A DNA stretch of 13,180 bases from a virus (IMGVR_UViG_3300032074_000001); one strand, 5' to 3'; shown: positions 5,388 through 11,631, numbered from the stretch's first letter. Numbers and translations are program-made. Notes: generated by a model not told the origin, from the sequence alone.

Positions 5388-6322
5388 ACTACGCACACAC
5401 GCTGTCCGAGGCGATCACCAAGGGCCACGGCACCGAGCGCACCTTCCTGTGTCCGGTACACGGCGACAGCCGTCCGTCCGCGAGCCTCAACATCATCAAG
5501 CAGAAGTGGGTCTGCTACACCTGCGGCGCTCACGGTGGTCTCACCGGGGAGGACGCCCTGATGGAGCCCGACTACCTCCAGATGAAGCTGTGGTTCACCG
5601 AGAAGCTGGAGGAGAAGCGTGTCTACCCCGAAGCCTGGCTCGCCCGCTGGGACGCAGGACCCGTCCACCCTTACTGGACCGCTCGTGTTGGAGACGATGC
5701 GGCGCGTCACTTCCGCCTTGGTGCTGACCCAGCAGCAGATGCGGTCACTTATCCCCTACGTCGAACGGATGGGGCAGTCCTGGGAGTCGTTCGCCGCCGC
5801 CTACAACCTGATGGTGGTCCCAAGTACCTCTATCCCAAGGGCATCGACGTGGGGCGGCTTCTCTTTAACTACAGCCCTGTACGACGAACTGCCGTCGTTC
5901 TCGTGGAGGGAGCCCTGGACGCCATCGCCCTATGGAACGTCGGAGTGGAAGCGTTCGCGATCTACGGTTCTCGACTTGGTGCGGAGCAGGTGCGCCTCAT
6001 CGACCGGATCGACCCCGACTACGTGTTCACCGCGTTCGACAACGATGACGCTGGCTACCGCGCTCACCGAGACGTGGAGCAGGCCATGCGGCACCGGCTC
6101 GTGTCCCGCATCACCTGGCCCGCTTCCTGGGGCAAGGACGTGGACGAGATCGGACCGGCACGCCTGAAAAATGTTGTGCATGACGTACTTGCGCTGACCA
6201 ACAGTGCATGTATAGAGTCTCCGTCATGCAGATCGCACGAAACATCGACAGCGAAGAGCAAGAAGCCCTCCTCCGTTACGTCCACGCGAAGCGGGATGCG
6301 GATCAAGCGATCCGCCGCGTAG
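5384..6322 (+). CDS. dnaG: DNA primase (CHC2 zinc finger + TOPRIM)
   Basis: CPVHGDSRPS...WVCYTCG zinc finger; PKY; TOPRIM VLVEGALD and AFDNDDAG; GTG 5384 coupled to upstream TGA. Confidence 0.93.
   Translation: MNYAHTLSEAITKGHGTERTFLCPVHGDSRPSASLNIIKQKWVCYTCGAHGGLTGEDALMEPDYLQMKLWFTEKLEEKRVYPEAWLARWDAGPVHPYWTARVGDDAARHFRLGADPAADAVTYPLRRTDGAVLGVVRRRLQPDGGPKYLYPKGIDVGRLLFNYSPVRRTAVVLVEGALDAIALWNVGVEAFAIYGSRLGAEQVRLIDRIDPDYVFTAFDNDDAGYRAHRDVEQAMRHRLVSRITWPASWGKDVDEIGPARLKNVVHDVLALTNSACIESPSCRSHETSTAKSKKPSSVTSTRSGMRIKRSAA
5619..6167 (+). CDS. Putative overprinted ORF in the +1 frame of primase (182 aa)
   Basis: SD GGAGG 6 nt before GTG 5619; 28/46 primase codons at 5681-5818 end in A/T versus 7/77 before the ORF start. 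Confidence 0.55.
   Translation: MSTPKPGSPAGTQDPSTLTGPLVLETMRRVTSALVLTQQQMRSLIPYVERMGQSWESFAAAYNLMVVPSTSIPRASTWGGFSLTTALYDELPSFSWREPWTPSPYGTSEWKRSRSTVLDLVRSRCASSTGSTPTTCSPRSTTMTLATALTETWSRPCGTGSCPASPGPLPGARTWTRSDRHA
6189..6218 (+). promoter_or_regulatory. Promoter inside primase 3' end, driving a leaderless mRNA
   Basis: TTGCGC-N18-TAGAGT, 7 nt before ATG 6226; no SD. Confidence 0.6.
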
Positions 6323-6648
6323 AAGAGGCCGAGACTCAGCTGCTGGCGGTCATGGCCAAGCACCAGCGGAAGAACCTCACGCTCTCCTCGGAGGGCAAGA
6401 AGTTCTCTGCCACCTACACCCAGCGGACCACCAACCAGATCAACGAGTCGGGCTTGCGCAAGGCGCTCACCGCGAAGGTCTACGACAAGTTCACGGTGAA
6501 GAAGCTGGACAAGAAGGCGCTGGAGCAGGCCATGTCCGATGGTGTGGTCGATCCGCACGTCGTCGCGAGGTTCGTAGAGCTGGTACCAGGCAAGACCTAC
6601 GTGACCTATCGAGAGAAGGAAGAAGCAGATGAACCCGCAGGTGTATGA
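6226..6648 (+). CDS. Hypothetical protein (140 aa), N-terminal coiled coil; loosely Gam/Gp157-like
   Basis: GC3-rich; heptad-like N-terminus and VKKLDKKALEQA segment; family call is weak. Confidence 0.8.
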   Translation: MQIARNIDSEEQEALLRYVHAKRDADQAIRRVEEAETQLLAVMAKHQRKNLTLSSEGKKFSATYTQRTTNQINESGLRKALTAKVYDKFTVKKLDKKALEQAMSDGVVDPHVVARFVELVPGKTYVTYREKEEADEPAGV

Positions 6649-6961
6649 CGCTGACGAGATCAAGGGGGAGACCCGGATCTCACCCGCGCAGCGGATCATC
6701 GACTCCCTCGACGGCGACTTCAAGACGATGCGACAGACCGCCGAGTTGGTGGGTGTCCACATCGAGACCCTCCGTCGCCTGTGCCGGACCCCTCGGGTGA
6801 AGGCCCCGTCGAAGGCGACGAAGCAGGGCAAGCTGGTGATCTACCTGTTCACCCCCGAGGACGTGGAGGAGGTCAAGGCGTACTTCAACCAGCGCGACAA
6901 GCTCCAGAGTGAGACGGGAGCCGGTCCGCATCCCAACCAGAAGACAGAGCAGATCAGGTGA
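6629..6961 (+). CDS. MerR/excisionase-like HTH DNA-binding protein
   Basis: KTMRQTAELVGVHIETLRRL helix-turn-helix and YLFTPEDVEEV wing/helix. Confidence 0.85.
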   Translation: MNPQVYDADEIKGETRISPAQRIIDSLDGDFKTMRQTAELVGVHIETLRRLCRTPRVKAPSKATKQGKLVIYLFTPEDVEEVKAYFNQRDKLQSETGAGPHPNQKTEQIR

Positions 6962-7194
6962 AGATAGCCAAACGAAGCGAACACTTCATCCGCGAGGGCG
7001 ACACGATCACCGTCGCGGTGACTCACGAGATCAAGATCGGTGGTGAGTCCTCGTGGGTCCGCTACGAGACCACCACCAAGGTCAACCAAGAGACATCTGA
7101 AGAGGCCAGCGCACGAGCCATCGGGTTCGTCAATCAAGGGGCCATCACCGCAGTCCACGACACCGTTGCAGTAGTCAGAGGAGTAGTGAAGTAA
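6958..7194 (+). CDS. Hypothetical protein (78 aa)
   Basis: GTGA-coupled start, TAATG-coupled to SSB. Confidence 0.8.
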   Translation: MKIAKRSEHFIREGDTITVAVTHEIKIGGESSWVRYETTTKVNQETSEEASARAIGFVNQGAITAVHDTVAVVRGVVK

Positions 7195-8045
7195 TGAAGT
7201 TTGGACAGACCTGGAACCCGGACGCCGAGGAAGAGACCACCACCGGTAGCTCCGACTACCTGCGGTACTTCAAGGGAGCCGAGACCACCTTCCGTCTCCT
7301 TCAGGAGCCGAACGAGTGGATCGACTACTGGGAGCACTTCAACCCGAACGGCTACCCGTTCCCCTGCACCCGCGACCGGAAGACCTGCCCCGGCTGCACC
7401 AGCAACAACGACAAGATGAAGAAGGCGAGCAAGAAGATCGCCGTCCAGGTGCTGGAGGGTGAGTGGGTCAACGCCTACAAGCTCCCCAAGACCGTGGCCG
7501 ACAAGCTCGCCAACCGCGCCAACCGGATCGGCACCGTCACCGACCGTGACTACACCGTGTTCAAGCTCCAGACCAAGAACGCGGACGGCTCCACGAAGAC
7601 CGACTACGACGTGGAGGGCGGCGACAAGATCCCGGTGGACATCGCTGCGCTGAAGCCGAAGTTCAAGGACGTGGAGACGATCCTGGGCTCCATGTACGAC
7701 CAGGCGTGGGGCAACCCCGACGCCGCCATGCAGAACAAGGACGAGGCCGAGCAGGACCAGGCCCGCTCTTCGCTGAAGGAGCGCATCGCTGCCCAGCAGC
7801 GAGCGACCACCGAGCAGATGCAGGAGGACCGCGTTCCTCTGGCCAAGGACCCGGAGCCCGAGTGGGCCTCTCGTCCTGCCGAGGACGCTCCCAAGGCCGA
7901 GGAGCCGAAGGTGTGGACCGAGGAGGAGCTGCGTGCCCTCCCGTACGACCGCATCGTCGTGGTGGCCAAGGAGGAGGGCATGGACCTGCCCGACGACCTG
8001 GAGGAGACCACCAACGCCGTGGTTGACTGGCTGCTCGACCAGTAG
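7194..8045 (+). CDS. Phage single-stranded DNA-binding protein (T4 gp32-like) with C-terminal extension
   Basis: FRLL, YWEH, CTRDRKTCPGC Zn site, RDYTVFK, TDYDV; acidic C-terminal region; position in replication module. Confidence 0.75.
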   Translation: MKFGQTWNPDAEEETTTGSSDYLRYFKGAETTFRLLQEPNEWIDYWEHFNPNGYPFPCTRDRKTCPGCTSNNDKMKKASKKIAVQVLEGEWVNAYKLPKTVADKLANRANRIGTVTDRDYTVFKLQTKNADGSTKTDYDVEGGDKIPVDIAALKPKFKDVETILGSMYDQAWGNPDAAMQNKDEAEQDQARSSLKERIAAQQRATTEQMQEDRVPLAKDPEPEWASRPAEDAPKAEEPKVWTEEELRALPYDRIVVVAKEEGMDLPDDLEETTNAVVDWLLDQ

Positions 8046-8053
8046 AACCGGAC

Positions 8054-8092
8054 GACCCCCGCATCATGTGATCCGCCCGTGGTGCGGGGGTC
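8054..8092 (+). other. GC-rich hairpin between SSB stop and tRNA
   Basis: GACCCCCGCA/TGCGGGGGTC 10-bp stem, extendable inward with G-U pairs; no U tail. Confidence 0.6.
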
Positions 8093-8098
8093 AGCCAA

Positions 8099-8171
8099 TG
8101 GGACGTAGCTCAGCTGGCAGAGCGCCCGACTGTTAATCGGGTGGTCGCAGGTTCGAATCCTGCCGTCTCAG
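8099..8171 (+). tRNA. tRNA-Asn (GTT), CCA not encoded
   Basis: Acceptor TGGGACG/CGTCTCA, D arm, anticodon arm CCCGA-CTGTTAA-TCGGG, T loop GGTTCGAATCC, discriminator G. Confidence 0.96.
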
Positions 8172-8173
8172 CG

Positions 8174-8211
8174 AGAAGGCGAGTGTGATGTGGGTCCACT
8201 CGCCTTCTTTT
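8174..8211 (+). terminator. Intrinsic terminator after tRNA
   Basis: 12-bp stem AGAAGGCGAGTG/CACTCGCCTTCT followed by T run. Confidence 0.8.
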
Positions 8212-8217
8212 GTCCCC

Positions 8218-8246
8218 TTTTCAGTCACTACATCACATGCTAGGTT
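8218..8246 (+). promoter_or_regulatory. dnaE promoter, leaderless
   Basis: TTTTCA-N17-TAGGTT with TGn extension, 6 nt before ATG 8253; no SD. Confidence 0.6.
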
Positions 8247-8252
8247 CTCCTC

Positions 8253-10949
8253 ATGCAGATCGTACGGACGCCGAAGCGGCGGATGCAGATCCAGCGGACG
8301 CCTCGCTGGTGGTCTCTCCACACGCACTCGCGGTACTCCAACAACGACGCGCTCCCGGCTGTGTCTGACATCGTGGCGAAGGCCGCAGCCTTGGGCCAGA
8401 AGGCTGTAGGTCTCACCGACCATGGCAACATGGCCGGGAGCGTGGAGCTGTACCAGGCGTGCAAGAAGCATGGTCTGGCCCCCTTCCCTGGGTCAGAGAT
8501 GTACTTCGTGCCCGACATCTCGCAGCACAAGAAGGACTACGCCGACAAGAACAAGAAGGCGTCCAGGTTCCACCTGGGCGTGGTCGCGTACTCCACCGAG
8601 GGCTACGAGAACCTGGTGCGGCTGTCCACGGTGAGCCACCAGCAGCACTTCCACAAGCCGCTGGTGGACTTCACAACCCTGGCTCAGTTGGCGGACGATG
8701 GTCGGACCAAGGGTCTGGCGATCACCACCGGGTGCTACTTCGGCTACGCGGTGCAGACCCTCGTCAACGAGGGGGATGAGGCAGTTGAGCGCTACCTCGC
8801 CACGCTGGAGTCATGGTTCCCCGAGTCGGTCTACGTCGAGATTCAGAACCATCACATCGATCACGATGATCACTGGTGCGATGATCTCGTTGCCGATCAA
8901 CTTGTGGATGTTGCGGATCGCATGGGACTTCCTGTGGTCATCACGCAGGATTCGCACTACCTAGAGCCTGAGGACAAGAGTGACCACGAGGCCCTCAAAC
9001 GACTCGTCGCCTTCGGACCCGAAGCAGACGATGCAGTCTTCCCCGGTGATGGCTTTCAGTTCGGAACTGAGGACTGGATCAGAGACCATCACCGTGACCA
9101 TCGGCTTGCGCGAGGACTGGAAGGACTGGACCATCTCCTCGCTCGCCATGAACTCCGAATCCCGGTCCTTGACTCTTACTCTTACGCGGTCCCCGCAGTC
9201 GTAGCCAGCCCGCAGCAGGCCATGGAGGATCGCTGTCGGCAGGCGCTGGCGGCGAAGGATCTCTACACGCCCAAGTACATCGACAAGCTGACCGAGGAGT
9301 TCGACACCATCAAGGCGTCGGACATGGCTGGCTACATGATGCTGGTGGCCATGGTGACCGACTGGCTCACCGAGGAGGGCGTGCCGTTCCAGACCCGTGG
9401 CTCTGCCGCTGGCTCCCTGGTGTGCTGGCTGTTGGGGATCACCCAGGTGGACCCGATCAAGTGGGACCTGCGCTTCGACCGGTTCTTGTCCAAGGACCGC
9501 ACCAAGCCCCCGGACATCGACCTGGACATCGCCCACGACCGGCGTCAGGAGCTGATCGACATGCTCGACACCCGGTTCTCGGCGCACCAGATCGGCTCCT
9601 GGGCCACCTACGGCATGGACAACGACGAGGGTGAGGACAAGGGCTCGCTGCTGAAGCGGTACTTCAGCCGCAACAAGCACCGGGAGAACCCCATCGAGAA
9701 GTGGGAGGACATCCCCGAGGCCGACCGCAAGATGCTCTACCGGCTCTCGGACCGGAACCTGTTCTCCGGGATGGGCACCAACGCGGCGGGCGTGGTGATC
9801 ACCAGCACCAAGGAGGAGTTCGACCGACTGGTCCCGCTGGCCTACATGAACCGTGGCGGCTTCGTCACCCAGTACTCCAAGGACGACATCGAGGCACTGG
9901 GCCTGGTGAAGCTGGACGTGCTGGGGTCCAAGACCCTGACCGTGCTGCGCCGCACCATGGACAACCTGGACCTGCCGGTCTCGGCGCTGCTGGAGATCCC
10001 GCTGGGGGACAGACCCACCTTCTCCTTCATGCGCAAGGGCGACACCGCTGGCATCTTCCAGCTGGAGGGCTACACCTCGGCCAAGGGTGTGAAGCGGCTG
10101 CGTCCGAGCAGCATCAAGGACGTGATCGCAGCCATGGCGCTGTTCCGCCCCGGCGCGATGATCAGCGGAGGCACCGACGCCTTCATCCGCCGCAAGCACC
10201 GGGAGGAGCAGGTGCCCGAGCGACACGCCTTGGTCTCTCGGGTCACCGCCTCTACCTACGGGGTGATGCTGTACCAGGAGCAGGTTATCGACATCCTGCG
10301 TGGCCTGGGCATGGACGCCGACAACCTCACCAAGTTCCTGAAGGCAGTCAAGGCGTCGAACAAGAACATCGGAGCAGCCGCCGAGGTGATCGCCTCCTAC
10401 AAGGGCTGGATCGATGACAAGACCACCGAGATGGGGATGAGCGATGAGGACAAGAGGTTCTTGGACGAGTCGATCCAGGGGTTCAGCGAGTACGGCTTCA
10501 ACCGGGCGCACGCGACGGTTTACGGTCTTACTGCTTACCGCTGTGCTTGGCTGGCTGTTCACCACGGCGTTGAGTTCCACGCTGCTCTTCTTGCTGTGGC
10601 GGCGGGCGATCCAAAGAAGGAACCCGGCTACGTTACGGCTACTCGTAGGCGAGGGATCAAGATCAGCCGAGCCGACATCAACGTCAGCGGAGCCACCTAC
10701 ACCGTTGATCGGCGCACTGCGAGCATCCGGCGCGGTCTCCAGTCTCTTGACGGAATCGGAGAGACGGTTGCTGCCGCCGTGGTGGGAGCAAGAGCGGACC
10801 GACCGTTCGCAGATGTCGCAGATCTGGTGCGACGAGTACCTGCGCGACCTGTGAGCGGCGGCAAGAACTACGCCAAGGAGGGCCTCGACGGGCTCACCGG
10901 GGTGCTGCGCAAGCTGTACGAACAGCACGCACTGGACTCGATCCTGTGA
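8253..10949 (+). CDS. dnaE: DNA polymerase III alpha subunit (DnaE-like), compact, PHP intact
   Basis: PHP HTH..D, TDHG, GSE, FHL, TTGC, QDSH; RGSAAGS; PDIDLD; KLDVLG; GIFQLE; YQEQ; YGFNRAH; HhH GLQSLDGIG. Confidence 0.97.
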   Translation: MQIVRTPKRRMQIQRTPRWWSLHTHSRYSNNDALPAVSDIVAKAAALGQKAVGLTDHGNMAGSVELYQACKKHGLAPFPGSEMYFVPDISQHKKDYADKNKKASRFHLGVVAYSTEGYENLVRLSTVSHQQHFHKPLVDFTTLAQLADDGRTKGLAITTGCYFGYAVQTLVNEGDEAVERYLATLESWFPESVYVEIQNHHIDHDDHWCDDLVADQLVDVADRMGLPVVITQDSHYLEPEDKSDHEALKRLVAFGPEADDAVFPGDGFQFGTEDWIRDHHRDHRLARGLEGLDHLLARHELRIPVLDSYSYAVPAVVASPQQAMEDRCRQALAAKDLYTPKYIDKLTEEFDTIKASDMAGYMMLVAMVTDWLTEEGVPFQTRGSAAGSLVCWLLGITQVDPIKWDLRFDRFLSKDRTKPPDIDLDIAHDRRQELIDMLDTRFSAHQIGSWATYGMDNDEGEDKGSLLKRYFSRNKHRENPIEKWEDIPEADRKMLYRLSDRNLFSGMGTNAAGVVITSTKEEFDRLVPLAYMNRGGFVTQYSKDDIEALGLVKLDVLGSKTLTVLRRTMDNLDLPVSALLEIPLGDRPTFSFMRKGDTAGIFQLEGYTSAKGVKRLRPSSIKDVIAAMALFRPGAMISGGTDAFIRRKHREEQVPERHALVSRVTASTYGVMLYQEQVIDILRGLGMDADNLTKFLKAVKASNKNIGAAAEVIASYKGWIDDKTTEMGMSDEDKRFLDESIQGFSEYGFNRAHATVYGLTAYRCAWLAVHHGVEFHAALLAVAAGDPKKEPGYVTATRRRGIKISRADINVSGATYTVDRRTASIRRGLQSLDGIGETVAAAVVGARADRPFADVADLVRRVPARPVSGGKNYAKEGLDGLTGVLRKLYEQHALDSIL
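8698..8964 (+). CDS. Putative overprinted single-TM protein in +1 frame of dnaE (88 aa; alternative start ATG 8776)
   Basis: 17/32 dnaE codons at 8841-8936 end in A/T; +1 frame reads ITSITMITGAMISLPINLWMLRIAWDFLW-SSRR. Confidence 0.55.
   Translation: MVGPRVWRSPPGATSATRCRPSSTRGMRQLSATSPRWSHGSPSRSTSRFRTITSITMITGAMISLPINLWMLRIAWDFLWSSRRIRTT
8980..9204 (+). CDS. Putative overprinted soluble protein in +1 frame of dnaE (74 aa)
   Basis: SD GAGGA 5 nt before GTG 8980; 31/74 dnaE codons at 8982-9203 end in A/T; stop made by rare GTA codon. Confidence 0.5.
   Translation: MTTRPSNDSSPSDPKQTMQSSPVMAFSSELRTGSETITVTIGLREDWKDWTISSLAMNSESRSLTLTLTRSPQS
10444..10854 (+). CDS. Putative overprinted single-TM protein in +1 frame of dnaE (136 aa)
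   Basis: 15/26 dnaE codons at 10518-10595 end in T, giving RR-FTVLLLTAVLGWLFTTALSSTLLFLLW-RR; codon bias reverts right after the TGA. Confidence 0.65.
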   Translation: MRTRGSWTSRSRGSASTASTGRTRRFTVLLLTAVLGWLFTTALSSTLLFLLWRRAIQRRNPATLRLLVGEGSRSAEPTSTSAEPPTPLIGALRASGAVSSLLTESERRLLPPWWEQERTDRSQMSQIWCDEYLRDL

Positions 10950-11317
10950 GCGTCCGCGATCAGGTGGTTGCCCGTGCCTGGGGTCGGTGCGAGTGCATGA
11001 TTCGTATCGGTGGACGGTGGACGCGCTGCTGGCGCAAGCCCATCGAGATCCACCACATGCTCACAAGAGCACGGGGAGGTCTGATCTTGGATGCAGCGGG
11101 GGAGACCGCTCACCTGATCGCCCTGTGTCCCGGACACCACAGAGTGGCTCACTCTCCCAACGGCCACCGGGCAGGACTGATGATGAATGGCTATGTCACC
11201 ACAGGAGAGGACGGCCTTCCTGTATACGCGGGGTCGGACCCAAGGCTCGCCGGACACATCCGAACCATGGACGTGCCAATGCTGCCGCCTCACCTATCCG
11301 GTGACTCATCTAGCTAG
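10946..11317 (+). CDS. HNH endonuclease family protein
   Basis: RCEC...C...EIHH..R.RGG....HLIALCPGHHRVAH pattern; GTGA-coupled to dnaE. Confidence 0.85.
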   Translation: MSVRDQVVARAWGRCECMIRIGGRWTRCWRKPIEIHHMLTRARGGLILDAAGETAHLIALCPGHHRVAHSPNGHRAGLMMNGYVTTGEDGLPVYAGSDPRLAGHIRTMDVPMLPPHLSGDSSS

Positions 11318-11381
11318 AGACTGCGAGGAGAAGCATGAGCGAGAAGGATGGCCCGAGCCCGAGGTCTATGCACAGGCTTGA
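11187..11381 (+). CDS. Small zinc-finger protein overlapping HNH and the next gene (64 aa)
   Basis: WTCQCCRLTYPVTHLARDCEEKH is a C2-C-H type pattern; AGGA upstream; preceded in frame by TGA TGA TGA. Confidence 0.65.
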   Translation: MAMSPQERTAFLYTRGRTQGSPDTSEPWTCQCCRLTYPVTHLARDCEEKHEREGWPEPEVYAQA

Positions 11382-11631
11382 CCCGGACTACTACCTGGTG
11401 AACAAGGACCGATGGCGGGAGGTCAAGCTCTGGGTGATCGAGCACGGCCTCAACCCCATGTCGATCCCTCGGGACGCCCTGGTGGAGTTCCTAGACGAAG
11501 ACCACCTGGAGATCGAGTCGTACGACATGTCCACTGGCCTCCCGGCCTGGGACGAAGACAAGAAGGAAGTGAAGCGAATCTGGCTCAACGTGCAGATCAA
11601 GCGACCCTTCCCCATGGATTGCATCAAGTAG
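11335..11631 (+). CDS. Hypothetical protein (98 aa)
   Basis: SD GAGGAG 4 nt before ATG; GC3-rich from about codon 12 (alternative start 11368). Confidence 0.8.
   Translation: MSEKDGPSPRSMHRLDPDYYLVNKDRWREVKLWVIEHGLNPMSIPRDALVEFLDEDHLEIESYDMSTGLPAWDEDKKEVKRIWLNVQIKRPFPMDCIK

Noticed and set aside
8099-8171. tRNA as a prophage attachment site
   Set aside because: No duplicated tRNA 3' fragment or integrase in the window; both flanks are phage replication genes.
8422-8634. +1 ORF in dnaE (also 7201-7419 and 7459-7653 in SSB)
   Set aside because: R/P/T/S/W-rich composition expected of a shadow frame, with no sustained wobble shift in the host gene.
8961-10928. 655-aa minus-strand ORF (also 12055-12987, 3784-4575, 6064-6831, 11391-12002 and plus-strand 13-1155)
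   Set aside because: Antisense shadows of strongly GC3-biased genes; no recognisable motifs or translation signals.
8253-10949. Intein or intron in DnaE, helicase or primase as the cause of the codon patches
   Set aside because: Proteins are collinear with family motifs through the patches, with no insertion and no splicing motifs.
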